A stretch of 62,930 nt of DNA, counting the filler, from Collodictyon triciliatum (taxonomy: Eukaryota): assembly GCA_043381765.1 (NCBI GenBank). It is 5 parts of 5 records of this genome, joined end to end, with 100 filler letters (N's around TTAATTAATTAA, not from the genome) between each part and the next. Parts side by side here need not be neighbours in the genome. Positions count along the whole stretch, not along the records: positions 1 to 25,161 come from JBHJMP010000206.1; 4 more parts are not named here. The stretch is one strand, 5' to 3'. The notes under the pieces were generated by a model, which saw nothing but the letters and a program-made list of their open reading frames with translations, made no database searches and was not told the DNA's origin. Numbering within the stretch: the first letter of the stretch is position 1; every line of letters starts with the position of its first letter. The position numbers and the translations under genes are program-made. Positions 1 through 21,055 of the stretch are shown here, in pieces.

Positions 1-26
1 AAAAAAAAAAAAAAAAAAAAAAAAAA

Positions 27-61
<35 letters not shown>

Positions 62-215
62 AAAAAAACAAAAAAAAAAAGATAAATATACGAAAATTCT
101 ATGTCGGGATTTTTTTATTCTACTCTCTTATTTTTTTCCTTTTTTCATCGGACAGTTTTTACTTAATTCTTCACAAAAAAACAAACTCATAAGCACTCTG
201 GTGGGCAGTTCAGCG

Positions 216-1761
216 ATGCAGACACGAAAGGTCGAGGCATTTGACACTGCGGGGCTGCGGGCTGCTTTCGAGACATTTGCCGCAAAGACTCACCCACAAA
301 TTCCACACACCGAGCCACGCGCAGCAGTGCTGATTGGACTTAGGCTGGGAATATCTGGCGAGTATGAAATACTGCTAACAGAAAGGTAAGATTGGTTCCA
401 AATTCTATATATTAATTTATGACAGCACTAGCACAGACTAATATGAACCATTAAGGAGAGCTCGTTGTCATGCCCCGGCGAAAACCAGATAGAATATGAT
501 TTTTTAAATATTATTATATTATATTACTTTTATTGTTATCATCATCATTATCCCCTTAGTTTGTAATTGTATTCGTATTAATATTTGCATTTGTTGTTGG
601 TTTTGTTGTTTCGTGGTCATTAAGAATTTCATATGTACATCTACATCCTTCCGTCAGAATCACGTTGTTCTGGGCACATAAGCAGCCTATATTGATTTTA
701 TTCGGTAATTCAGTTATTTTTTAATGGATTATTTTCATAAAATATACATGGTATCTCGGACAGGTCAAAAGAATTGAAGACCCACGCTGGTGAAGTTGCG
801 CTTCCTGGAGGAAAGATGGACGAATCAGATGCAAACATTTATGAGACTGCGCTGGTAAACGAAAAAAAAATTAATAATGATAAGCTGATCAACGGCATAA
901 TATTTCAATTATCGATTGATCTGATTAGAGAGAAGCAAAAGAAGAGGTTGGATTAGAACGTCATCAAGTAAAAATAATTGGACATCTAGAATCCTTCGTT
1001 TCAAAGTATGCTGATACTTCTTTTTTTTTAAAATAATTTTGATACCATTAAGTTATTATGTACCTTTTCATAGAATATAAGTCTAATTTTCCAAATTCAT
1101 CATATACATATCGATTAATAAATTCCTATTCTACCAAAGACATCTTATCCTAGTGACTCCTGTAGTGGCCTTTATTCCAGACGACTTTGAGCCAAAAACA
1201 GACCCCTCCGAGGTTAATTGAGCACCCCCTACTCATACTTTTTTTTAATTTTGTGCCCATTCAAATGATTGAGCATGAAGTTTTTTTCTTCCCTGTATTT
1301 GATTCAAGATAATTAATGAACATCAAGTTAATCTTTCATATCAACTATCACAAACAAGTCTATACTAGCGAATATGAGCTTCTCACATTGTGTTACTTGT
1401 TAAAAAAATATCTAGAGAAATATAAGATTCACTAACAAACATAAATCAATATAAATTGCAGGGTGAAAAGCCAAAAAAAAACTATTCAAGGTGATGTTTA
1501 CTCCTGTAGGTTTCCAGATGCTTCTTCGTTCCAATATCAGGTTTCACGAAAGGAGAGAGTCATAGACACACAGATATACCCTGGCTTAATAGCTATATGA
1601 GACTACATTTCATCGAACATGAAGGAACAACAATATGGGGGCTGACAGCAATTATAATATTAACATTACTTGAGGCCTTGGATATCCGTGTAGAGTACGA
1701 AATTCACATACCTGGACTTTCAACTTACGCTGAGCTTTCAAAATCATACTCTAAAATATAA
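216..1761 (+). CDS. NUDT7: Nudix hydrolase, CoA diphosphatase (NUDT7/NUDT8/PCD1-like), 5 exons, C-terminal PTS1-like SKI
   Basis: Spliced exons ~216-385, 764-854, 929-1005, 1140-1212, 1510-1761. They give RAAVLI...LLTERSKELKTHAGEVALPGGKMD...ETALREAKEEVGL (NuCoA motif + Nudix box), LVTPVV and IWGLTA, ending SKI-stop. Confidence 0.88.
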
Positions 1762-3035
1762 CCACCAACTCTAATTCCAGAGCTAGAAAATAAACAGCTT
1801 CATAAATACATCATGAAAAATTGAAAGGGTGTAGCCTATATACTTTGACTTTAACACATCCTTAGTTTTTTTTTTTTATTTATTTATTCAGTTTTTAATG
1901 TATGCAACTTACGATTGGTCTATAGGTATGTCATTTTTTCTTTTTTAGATTATATTTTAACATCCAAGAAAATGAATGTAAATGAAAGTCGCGACGAAAA
2001 AAAGAACGAGTATTTGGCTGATTACCATATATGAAAATAATTATTAATCAGTTTCATTTTTAATTGGTAGAATGTATATCAGGGTTTTGATAATCAATCA
2101 CATCTATTTTGTCCGTCCAGATTCAGTCGAGCGGTCAAAAATTTATTGGGAATACTTCACCATTTCTACTCTCAAAATAAAAGTGAAACAAATGCTGCTA
2201 TCGAGCGCCAAAATATCTAGGTTTAACACTTTAATTTACATCCCTTCGACACAATCATATATCTCCCTTCACCCTTCTTACCTCGCTTTGTAGCAAAGTT
2301 AAGCCTGACTTTGTTAAAATTATACCACTTTTCCCTTCATAGTAAAGAGGTTCGGCTAACCCACTTTCCTATTTTCGACTCGAAGTAAAACGAGCATATT
2401 CATAAATACTGTGATAATGCGTACTAGTATCATACGCTATCGCCTTGAAGCATTCGTTCGCTTGATGGAATGGCATCATATAATGAAGTGTGATTATTTT
2501 ATAAACCTTTCGAATGAATTCTTCAGTACATTACTACATACTTTTTTTTTCAACTTCGGGTTCCAAAGTTCTTGTTCTCCTTAGTCTCAATAATTTCCTC
2601 CGTGCATCGGATTTAGTGGAAAAAAATTGAAAATCTTTTTGCAGTGCTTTATGGATGACGAGGCTTAATGTTTACCTAACATATATCAGTATTTTTCATC
2701 AGGTTTTTCTGTCCATATTAGCATCGATTATTGAGCAACGCCCTGAAATATAATACATAGTCCCTTTGTTCCGAGGTGAGTTCATTTCTTCTTTTCACGT
2801 AGTAAGCTAAGACACTTCCAACGAACTGAATTCGACCAATCATATTCTTGTTATTCCGTTTCTTTTTGTCTTGCAAATAACTATCGAATCATAAAAAAGT
2901 CTCATGTAATTGAAGCTTATATTTATTTGTTTAACTGATATTAATCATTTTCGCCGACGCAATTCCAAAAGTCATTCTTCGCGTTGCTAGTCAAAATTTT
3001 GAGTTTTGCAAAAAACAAAAACAACAAACGCATCC

Positions 3036-4289
3036 ATGGACCAAAACTTCTACAACACACCGTTTGATTTCTTTGAATCGGACGGTTTCAGTTTCTGTGA
3101 GCCGATATCAGAAGAAGCTTCACGTCCAGAATTGATGCAAACAGGGTCGTACGAATCTTTGACACAGCCTAGAATTCCTGATACTCCTAGCTTATCTCAC
3201 AATTACTTTGATAAGTTACCAATCAGTTCTCACAAATCTAAGGTGTCATGGGATTCGAATGAAAAATCTACCCAGCTGCAATCACAGGAAGAGTTTTTTA
3301 CGAATAAGTCAGGCAATTATTCCCGACCTGCGCATAAGGCACACAATTTCACACCAGGGCTCGATTCATCATTTTCTTCACTTCCAGAGTCAAGTCTGTC
3401 ATCAGAGTCTTATCAGGTAGAACAAAGTCCCACAGAAGTAAGATTAACAAGCACTTTGCAACAACTTGGAGCAGAATGTTTCGACAACAAAACGCGGTTG
3501 TCTGCAGCATCTCAATTTTCACAAGAATACGAAAATGTGAGCCAACTTCCAAGTACCAGTTCTTTGCCTGACAACGACTTAAACCCGTATGCACAAACAA
3601 GTGGTGACATTCAAAATACTCTTCCTAAGACTGATTTCTGTCTGCATTCTGAAGATAAGACTACAGAGTTCGAAAACTCAAAGGCTCCTAATGTAGAGCT
3701 CCCAGAAGACTATGACCAAATATCTGATTGTGAGGTGGGCGATAGGTTAGTCCGTCTTAGAAAACCGATGAATGCATATCTCCTCTTTTGTAAAGACTAC
3801 CGGGAGCAGTTTCGTGAGCAGCATCAATTCCAAAATACGACAGAACTGGCAGCATTGATGGGGAGACTTTGGAAGATGCTTCCGGATGATGTACGACAGT
3901 ACTACAAGGCAATTTAACTCAACCGAGAAATCTTTCCTCATCGTCTGCTCTAATGTTTCTGGTTCTCTCTCTCTCTTTTTCTTTTCGTTTTCTTTATTTA
4001 AAACCAAAAACAGTAGTTATAGAAGTAGAGACTAAAAGCAAAAGATGATTATTTTTGAAGACCTCATGTTCGGATCGATTTTTCTTTCGAAAGTTTATTT
4101 ATTGCAACCCAAATGGTGATAATAAAGAAAAATAATTCATCCAAGCAGGTAAAAGCTCGTGACTTGTACAAAAAGTTTATGCAAGATCACCCCATGCACC
4201 ATATCCGACGCATGGAGCGAGGGGTCCAAATGAGAAGGATGATGTCTACGTGGAAGGGAGTCTTTCCCGCGAATCCATCTGCCTCCTAG
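3036..4289 (+). CDS. HMG-box (SOX/MATA-type) DNA-binding protein with long Ser-rich N-terminus, 2 exons
   Basis: RKPMNAYLLFCKDYR...LMGRLWKML...YYK. Helix 3 continues as VKARDLYKKFMQDHP after a GC-AG intron (3909-4148); stop TAG at 4287-4289. Confidence 0.82.
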
Positions 4290-4320
4290 TATCATCACCA
4301 TTATCATCACCATCACCATC

Positions 4321-4351
<31 letters not shown>

Positions 4352-4640
4352 CCATCACCATCACCATCACCATCACCATCACCATCACCATCATCATCAC
4401 CATCATCATCATCACCATCATCATCACCATCACCATCACCATCACCATCACCATCACCATCACCATCACCATCACCATCACCATCACCATCACCATCACC
4501 ATCACCATCACCATCACCATCACCATCACCATCACCATCACCATCACCATCACCATCACCATCACCATCACCATCACCATCACCATCACCATCATCATCA
4601 CCACCATCACCATCACCATCATCACCATCACCATCATCAG
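4290..4640. repeat. (CACCAT)n/(CAT)n microsatellite directly after the HMG gene stop
   Basis: Tandem hexamer/trimer array read directly from the sequence. Confidence 0.95.
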
Positions 4641-4953
4641 CTTTAGCCTCTCCACTCACACATAATGCTTTTGAATCATCACGACCACCGGTGGTAATGA
4701 ACATCGCCAGGCTTCGTGCTGTCATTCAAACGCAACGAATACCTTCATCCTCGCCCACTTTTTTTCATTTCCCACCACACCACACTCCCTTACTCAGAAG
4801 CACATAAAAGAAGAAGAAAAAAAAAACCGCTGAACGAATCCACCGCGAGAGAGTAGACTCAAAGGCACGACCGAATATTGAACAGTTCACTTCATTATAT
4901 ATCACTCTTTAAGCGAGTTTTTTCTTGTTTTTTTTTTAAAAAAAAAAAAGCAA

Positions 4954-10236
<5,283 letters not shown>

Positions 10237-11029
10237 CCTTTTGCTTTGTATGCATATCTCCGCATCACTTTCAAAATAGAATGCATGGTCTATACATCTA
10301 TTCTGTTCTGGAGAAAAATTATTACCTTACCGTTGGTTGGGACGGACTTCCTGTAATAAAATTGAACATATAAATCCACACGGCTGATGAGAAAATGATT
10401 AATTATTTCATTTTGATATTTGCCACTATGTATGTGCGTCTACAGATTTAATGAAAACATTTAAGGCANNNNNNNNNNNNNNNNNNNNNNNNNNNNNNNN
10501 NNNNNNNNNNNNNNNNNNNNNNNNNNNNNNNNNNNNNNNNNNNNNNNNNNNNNNNNNNNNNNNNNNNNNNNNNNNNNNNNNNNNNNNNNNNNNNNNNNNN
10601 NNNNNNNNNNNNNNNNNNNNNNNNNNNNNNNNNNNNNNNNNNNNNNNNNNNNNNNNNNNNNNNNNNNNNNNNNNNNNNNNNNNNNNNNNNNNNNNNNNNN
10701 NNNNNNNNNNNNNNNNNNNNNNNNNNNNNNNNNNNNNNNNNNNNNNNNNNNNNNNNNNNNNNNNNNNNNNNNNNNNNNNNNNNNNNNNNNNNNNNNNNNN
10801 NNNNNNNNNNNNNNNNNNNNNNNNNNNNNNNNNNNNNNNNNNNNNNNNNNNNNNNNNNNNNNNNNNNNNNNNNNNNNNNNNNNNNNNNNNNNNNNNNNNN
10901 NNNNNNNNNNNNNNNNNNNNNNNNNNNNNNNNNNNNNNNNNNNNNNNNNATTTTCCAACTGAGCATCATTAATATGTTTTGGCCTCAGCACGCACTCTAT
11001 TCACTAGAAAAAAAAGTATATAGGCTTCA

Positions 11030-14000
11030 TTTCAGTCCTGTCACGACACCTAAATTACTTTGGATTATCCAACACCTAAAAAAAAATATAAAACTATGGT
11101 CAACTTAAAGGAAGACTTAATGATGTATTACTAATTCGGACTAATTGATTATTTGAATCGAATAAAGGGAAAAAATAATTCCGGATTAATCGGGCATTTC
11201 ATATTCGTTCATTTTTTATATACAAATTCTGAAGGCCATATCACTCACATATGTCTTTATTTTTTTTTTTTTTACAACAACCAGATATTGAGCAATAAAA
11301 TTAGCTTTTGATAAGTTTATTCGAAATCTTGGCGATATGGCCAGTCGTCTGGAGAAGCTGAAATAAAATTCAAGATTTTATCAAGACGCTAACTGCCTTG
11401 ATACTTTTAAAAAGAACCGTAAATCATATATATTTTCTATCAGGTAGGCTTGGTAGTTTTAATACAAGCACGGCTCTAAATTTTGTTGTCTTCAATAATT
11501 GTATTTGAATTGATTAAAGGAAAATACATTAATAATTATCTTAATCCACAATCTCATGAGGAAAATTATCTTATAACCGCGGAAGAGAGAATGCGTAACA
11601 CGGGATAACTGTTCGCAATTACAGATAAAATATTTGTGGTATGTTGGCAGAAGTTCTATTGCGTTATATGTAGAGTTTCAGACATACTTGACTCAAATAT
11701 GAAACCAAAGCGCATAATTCACACTTTTTTTTTTTTTGTTATACCTTTCGTTTTCTTTCTTGCCTGCACTACTAATTGTTCTTCTATACCGCCAACTTCA
11801 CTAAAATAGCACTCCGTTGAATCAGTTGAAAGAAGAATTAAATAAAATGAATGCCATTATTGTCGATTTTATTTTATCTCTTCGGCCAAAATGTTGGGCA
11901 AAACATAAAAAAACTTTCAACGTCCAACACAAACTGGTGACTTGCTGATACAGGGAACTGATAATTATAATATATGCTAATTTTTCCTGAAATGCCTCAA
12001 AATATTGCGGTTCTAAAATAGACGAGAACGATTACTGATGTCTGCAATATTACCAACTTACTAGAGTGCGTATCTGTGTTTCTTAAAAAAGGAAATAACT
12101 TCAAACTGTTTCTTTCACTGCTTTTCTTATTGGAACATTTGGTTTGATTAAAATTTTATTTCAATCGATCGTGTTTGATACTACCATAAATACTTCACTT
12201 TAGTGGTCTCACTACTCCTGTTGGTGCAAATCCAGTAAGTTTAAATCAGAAAGTTTATATTTTAAAATGATATATTAATTATTCATATATATGATTTTTT
12301 GCCAGTTATTTCGCTTCAGTAGCCAAAAAGTATGCGCACAGATGGAAGAGCTACCTGTGCAAGTCTCATCACTCACGAATCTGCAAGCGATGTGAATAAA
12401 TTTAGACCTCACACAGAATAAGGAGAGTATCATGTGGAATTCCTAATCTTCTCTGCCGGAACAACAATAAATAGAAATATCGCCTATACATACCAGCTCT
12501 GAAAATTTAAGAACACATTTGATAAACATATTTAATACATGTATAAAGGGAAACGATATATATTTTAATACAAAAAATTATTGCATTAACAATTGGACAA
12601 CACTGCCGATGCCGAACGAGCTGAAAGAAACAAAAAATTGAAGAGGCCATGCAAATCCTGTATCTCGAAAAGAGTTAGAATAATATAAAAATTTCATCGG
12701 AAATGTAAGAAAATGGTAAATATCGATGGCAAGCAATATATGCGCAAGAGTTGAAGACAGTTCACACAGGGTTTGAAAATTATGATTTTTTTAAAGAAAA
12801 AAACCTTCATTGATAAAACAAAATTAAGCCTTACAGTGACACATAATATGCATACTAAATCTAAATGTGTTGCAATAATTTTGCATATGATGTAATTTAT
12901 GCCTTCCGCTCATTAAATACTGAACATTGTATCATGTGAATATAATAGTTTATTAATTACTATTGAATATAAGCAAGGACAGATTTAGCAGCTTATTGGG
13001 TGATGCATCGTGCATCCGAGGTCAGCAGTATAGAGTAAGAGTTGAATATTGAAAAGGCATTTACGCAGTTGCTAAGGCCATGTTCACGTGGGAACGCATC
13101 GCTGAGGGGGTAAAATTATCATAATTTATTATTGGTTTATGAGATATTACATTTGCAGCATTATTCTGATTAATATTTCATTTTCCAGACAAATAAAAAA
13201 GAAGCAAACTGACCAAAAAAAGTTTCCTACGAAGAAAGGATGGATGACTATTCATAAGCAATGATTATTAGCAACTATGTCCTTTTATTTTTGCGTGGCT
13301 TTATCTTGTGTAAATGAGAGTGTAAATCTAAGCCCTTCAAATGAATAGCTTGAGAAAATCAAAGAGGTGACCGAGGTCAAAAGAAGCTGTCGTTCCAGCA
13401 TAAGTGTTTCTGGCGTTTGTTACAGTTACTCAAATTAAGAGCTCTGCAGTTCTAAAGTGTCAAAAAAAAACATTCTACTTTGTCTGTATCATGTCAGCCC
13501 TCAACGATTAAAATGAAAGTCTCGCGTTTGGATTCCCAGTGTGTACCGAGCCAATTCATGTGTATGAAAAGGCAATGAGTATCTTAAAAATTGTGATTGA
13601 TTCGCGTTTGCAGGATATACAAGCAGGCAAGGACGCTAGTGGTAAGGTCACAAAAAGGTTCATATGTTTTCCGATGCAAGGGGAGAAATATTCAGGATTA
13701 CACCAAAAATAAGTGTGTTGTCTTTGAGAAGTGGCGTAATCTTTTCGAGGCATGATGAAATGCATACCGAACTAAATGATGACGACCATGCTCCTATGTA
13801 AATTAAAATGAATCGATTCAAAATATGTTTTGCTGGTTAATTCATATTTAATGCACAATCAATGAATGATATATCCATAATCTATCATTTTATTTACTGT
13901 TCATCATTATATCTTGGTATAATATGTAATTTTATAATATTTTGCATTCCAAGTAACTTGAATTTGGAGTTGTACTGATTAAAAAAAAAAAAGAGAAAAC

Positions 14001-15785
14001 TACGCCATCAAAAGAGGGTTCATGTTGTACTGTTTTATCCATTTTGCCCTGAACCTTCATTAAAAAGTGCGCATGGTGAACAAAGTGACTGTATACACCA
14101 CAAAATACGCAAAGCATTAAATCAACAAATGCAGTATGCCAATTTGATTATCTGCCTTAAAATACAAGAGCTTTATTGTTCAAAACGCAAGCTGGCGGTG
14201 TGCATAATTCTGTTAAGGTAAAATCATTCAGGTATGCATATTATAATTTATTTTTTTTTACAAATATTATATGTACGACTCTTTTATTCTTATAAAAGAT
14301 GGTTCATTAATAAGAAGCGTTTAGACACATACAAACTGAAAAAAAACCGAGACAGATATTTAGAAAAAATCAAGGCAAGTTCTATATTTTAAAAGAAGGG
14401 CTAAAAATCTAGAAGTAGAAGTTTTTTTTTTTGAATGTCACCGATGCCCAATAAACAAAAATAATTAAAATTGTATTTTATCATACGCATGAGATTTTTT
14501 TTTATGATTTGATGTGTTTATTTTAGGTTAATAACAAATACTAAATTCATACTGTTCAACAGCTGGAATCATTGAAGTACTGTGTCATTGACCCACTCCA
14601 AAAGCCAAAGGATAAGCTAGTCTATGATATGCACTTAATTTACATCGACGAGAAAGCTCTATGCGCGCTCATGAAAAAGCCTGAGGAATAGCGTTCACAG
14701 TTTCAAACAGAACATGTACTTAACTCGGTAAATAATATATATGTATAGATCTTCTACTTCAAAAAATGACGCACCCATTGAAATATCCCCACTTAGGATT
14801 ATCTCCAGTGTGCCGCGGTTCAACCTGAATGAATAAAAAAAAAAGGCAATACGAGCGAGTCATTCTATTTGAATTAAATGCCACAGAATTCACCCCAAAA
14901 CACAACACGCAGCTTACGAAAAAAAAAACCTTTATCATCTCACATAAATCAAAAAAAAAAAAACAAACAAACACAGAGGTCACCTTATATAAATATTTTA
15001 TCACATTTCTGCATTTTTCTACCTATACCGCAGCAAATCCTGAGGCTTTTTATGGTATTTCAACACTTAAGCTCAAGTTTAGTGTCCATGAATCGTATGT
15101 GCTCATCCACAGAACGGAAACAATAATACCACACATGAAGACCTGCAGATGGTGTACACACATTTCACAATAGCTTCAGCCACATGTGTTCCTGTATTAA
15201 TCAGCTAATAAAAAGCATTATTTTGTTACACAGACCGAAATTAATTGATGTGTCTGATAAAAGACCCATTGCGTTTGCATGCTATAAAGACCATCAAACG
15301 AAGCTTTGCCTTAACGGTTGGACAGTTTTCAAAATTATCAGGGGTAAAAGTGTTTGAGAAAATACAAATAATCACACGCTCTCGGTTTCTTTTGATAGCC
15401 AAGGAAGTTTAAATGTGACAAACTCTGGCAACCAAAAAAAAAAAAAAATCCAAAAGTTTAACAAAATAAGATTTAGTTTATTTGCACCATGAAATGTAAA
15501 GGCAAAATCAGCGACTCCATAGACTCGCATGTTGATTGTGAGCGTGTCAATAAAGAGAATAGACTCCTAGTTCTATGCGCTGGTTGCGATTGTGTATAGG
15601 CATATTCTGAAAGAACGATATTTTGAAGGCATTATCAGACTGGAACATATATTCCGAGCCTCATATGGTATTATGGTGTTTGTGAAAACAAAATGAGCTA
15701 ATACTTGTATAATTTTCAAGATGCAGTCCGGCACTACATTCTCCTGAAAGGTTTTCTTGGGTGCCTGCTTCGGAAATAAAGGCAT
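11030..15785. pseudogene. Scattered degenerate LRR-like coding relics on both strands
   Basis: Short interrupted translations: MEELPVQVSSLTNLQAM (+, 12342), RALNLSNCNK and LKGLDLH (-, ~13445 and ~13340), LPLASLPACIS (-, ~13640), EAFYGISTLK (+, ~15040), ASFDGLYSMQT (-, ~15300), IQSNLGVVTGLK (-, ~11065). No intact ORF or consistent exon chain. Confidence 0.3.
11152..11175 (+). mobile_element. Ultra-short retroelement copy TTTGAATCGAATAAAGGG(A)6 with degenerate TSD
   Basis: Exact 17-nt match to the element terminus, flanked by TAATTCGGACTAAT / TAATTCCGGATTAAT. Confidence 0.75.
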
Positions 15786-16807
15786 ATTATTATATTATAC
15801 ATTACAACTTCTTTACGCAAGTTTGTAGCTTCTTTCACCTCTTATTTAAAAAAACTTCTTTTTGTTGTATTTAAAACTGAAAATATTGAAAATAAAAGGC
15901 TAAAATAAAACTCGCAACAAGTCCTTTATGCAGAAAAGTAAAATAAGATATATGTAAATAACCAAAAAAAAAAAACTTAGGTACGGTGATTCTTTCAGAT
16001 TTATGTCAATTTTGTTGATTTTAAAACGGTTTTTTCTTAATATCATCTGTGCGATTAGCCAAATTAAAAAAATTATATGCATCCTTTGATTATTTTTTTT
16101 TCAACTTGGGCAGTGGATATGTGTGCCGATGAGAAGGGCAAAGTTTTTTTTTTTATTCAAGCGGTTTAAATGATTCTTTTGTTGTTTCATTTCATGGGTT
16201 TATTTAGAGAAAACAGGGCTGAAGAGACGACCCTCATGTCAAGTTGTGAAATGGTGGTTTAACAAAGACTTAATTAGCAGATAATCACAAATAATAACTG
16301 CACACAGATACAAAAAAATTCTCTATAATTAACCTGATTTTATCCATACTTTTCTACATGCATAACAAAACGACATAAAATAAAAGAGAAGATATGCAAT
16401 TTTCCTTTTTTCTTTTCATTTGATCACTAATTAAATCCCATTCCATGGTGTATTTCGCGTTGTGCATCGGTACCAAACAAAACTCGAAACTTCCCATCTC
16501 ACACAACTTTGTAAGGATGATTAAAGAGACGCATGGCACGTAATCGTGTAATAAAATCATGGCTAAAGCCATTCGTAAACGTTTCAAGGATGTCTTTTAT
16601 TGCTTCCACATGATGTACTTCTCCATTTATAAACTATATCATACACAGCCAGATGGAGATGATGGCGTAAAAAGAAGAAACAATAACAATAATAATAGTA
16701 CCCATCCAAGCAACAAAGAATACAGAGAAGCAAGCAGAACAGACACGCGCGGTTTATTCTGGAGAGGGCAGAGCCAAGGCCAAGGCAAGGCAAGCAAAGC
16801 AGGGAGA

Positions 16808-17878
16808 CTAGTTGAGGACAGTGGTGTCAAAGATCTTTGCGGTGACGAGGTAGGGGTCCATGTTTGCGGCGGGGCGCCTGTCCTCGAAGTAGCCCTTGCC
16901 GTCGCGCTCGGCCTGGCGGGGGATGCGGACACTTGCGCCGCGGTTTGCGACGCCGTACGAGAACTTTGTGATGGGGGCGGTCTCGTGGCGGCCGGTGAGT
17001 CTGCGCTCGTTGCCCTTGCCGTAGAGGGCGATGTGCTCGTCGTGCTTGCGGGCGAGCTTCTCGATGGCGGCGAGGATGTGCGCGTAGCCGCCGTCGAGGC
17101 GCATGCTGCGTGTGGAGTAGTTTGTGTGGCAGCCTGCGCCGTTCCAGTCGCCGGGGATGGGCTTCGGGTCGAACGAGACGGTGAGGCCAAAGTCCTCGCA
17201 GACGCGGTGCATCAGGTAGCGCGCAAGCCACAGATGGTCGCCCGCCTCGATGCCCACGCACGGGCCCACCTGGAACTCCCACTGCCCGGGCATCACCTCG
17301 CCGTTCACCCCCGCGATCCTGACCCCCGCGTACACGCACGCCGCATAGTGCGCCTCCACCACGTCCCGCCCGAACGACACGTCCGCCCCCGCCGCGCAGT
17401 AGTACGGCCCCTGCGGCCCGGGGAACCCGTGGAACGGCCACCCGTACGGCCACCCGTCCTTCAGCAGCGTGTACTCCTGCTCCAGCCCGAACCACGGCTC
17501 CTCCGCCACCCCGCGCCCAAAGATCTCCGCCGCCCACTGCCGCGTGTTGCCCTCCAGCGCCTCCCCGCCCGGCGTGTAGCAGTCGCACAGCACCAGGAGG
17601 TGGCGCCCCCGCCGGAACGGATCCCGGAAGATCGCCCGCGGCCGCATGATCACCTCGCTGTCGTGCCCCGGCGCCTGTCCCGTCGACGACCCGTCAAAGT
17701 TCCACTCCGGCAGCTCCTCCACGCTCGTCGGCGCGCGTTCAAGCGTCCGCGTCTTGGACCGCAGATCAGACCCGCTCCCGCCGATCCACACGTACTCCGC
17801 AAGCACTCGCTCGTCTCCGAGGGCCGCGCTCGCTGCGTGCAGCTCCAGGTATCGGGCCAGAAGGGGCTTGTCCGTCAT
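16808..17878 (-). CDS. GLUL: Glutamine synthetase type II, intronless, 356 aa
   Basis: All GSII motifs present: [100 protein letters not shown]. Confidence 0.98.
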   Translation of the reverse strand: MTDKPLLARYLELHAASAALGDERVLAEYVWIGGSGSDLRSKTRTLERAPTSVEELPEWNFDGSSTGQAPGHDSEVIMRPRAIFRDPFRRGRHLLVLCDCYTPGGEALEGNTRQWAAEIFGRGVAEEPWFGLEQEYTLLKDGWPYGWPFHGFPGPQGPYYCAAGADVSFGRDVVEAHYAACVYAGVRIAGVNGEVMPGQWEFQVGPCVGIEAGDHLWLARYLMHRVCEDFGLTVSFDPKPIPGDWNGAGCHTNYSTRSMRLDGGYAHILAAIEKLARKHDEHIALYGKGNERRLTGRHETAPITKFSYGVANRGASVRIPRQAERDGKGYFEDRRPAANMDPYLVTAKIFDTTVLN

Positions 17879-18264
17879 CTCTTGCTCTTGCTTTTGCTAG
17901 GTTAGTCCTCTTCTCGGCGCGCCCCCTTACGATCGTCTCTCCCTTCTTCACTCTTGCCTTTGGCTTCTTGCTCTCGTTGGATTCATCCTGCTCCGTGCCA
18001 CCCAACGACACTGAGTCCCCCATCACGAAACCATCATCCTGCCCCCCTTTGTTTAACCTAGATGAAAGTAAAGTTGGCGCATTTATACTCCTTCTGATGT
18101 CACCAGACAATACCCGCTTGTGCCTGGTTCTCCCATATATGGCCAGTGGCCTTTGTTTTGGGATGTGGCTGCGTGCTTGGGTTCGGTAGTGGGGTTTTGT
18201 TTGCTCGGTGGCGGCTGGAATTATGCTCGGCTTGGGGGCGTCGGTAGTAATGTGGATTATTTTA

Positions 18265-20510
<2,246 letters not shown>

Positions 20511-21055
20511 GTCGAAATATACTGTGGTAGTGTTGTCAGGCCCTTCCTTATTGTTGCTTTGTCAAGCACGGTTTGTCGCCTTGATCCTCTCCCGCAATGA
20601 TCACCTTTGAGGCGATCGGTTGCATGAGACTCGAAACGACCCTCTGAGTGTTTTGTTTGCCCAGTTGATTAATAGCGTTGGGTGTTTGTTTTGAGCTTAA
20701 CCGATTTTTCGGCGAAGCGATTGCTTTACGTTCGTAAAGTGCATGGATTACATCTGATATTTTTATCCACATTACTATTAAAAAGCGATAATTTTGGAGA
20801 AATTTATCAGTGAAATATATATTCCGAATATACAGATATGGTAATTCTAGTGGGCAATGGGTGAGTCACAGTACAGAACATACCGAACGCTTTTCCCCCC
20901 TTTTTGTCATCCAGTTTTCTTTCTGCCTCGTCTTTTGGCGGTTTATTAGTATTTTTTTTTTTATCTTTATTCAAAATGTCTCTTTCATGAAATGATTTTT
21001 TCTCTCGCCAAGGAGTTTGCAAGCTTGTGGCCCAAGAGAGCTTACGAGTGTCCTT

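Noticed and set aside
4137-4807. Poly-MV, poly-DG and poly-SP ORFs
   Set aside because: Translations of the (CACCAT)n microsatellite lying after the HMG stop codon.
16559-17905. 448-aa antisense ORF and other overlapping ORFs over glutamine synthetase
   Set aside because: Shadow ORFs caused by extreme GC3 bias; no recognisable motifs.
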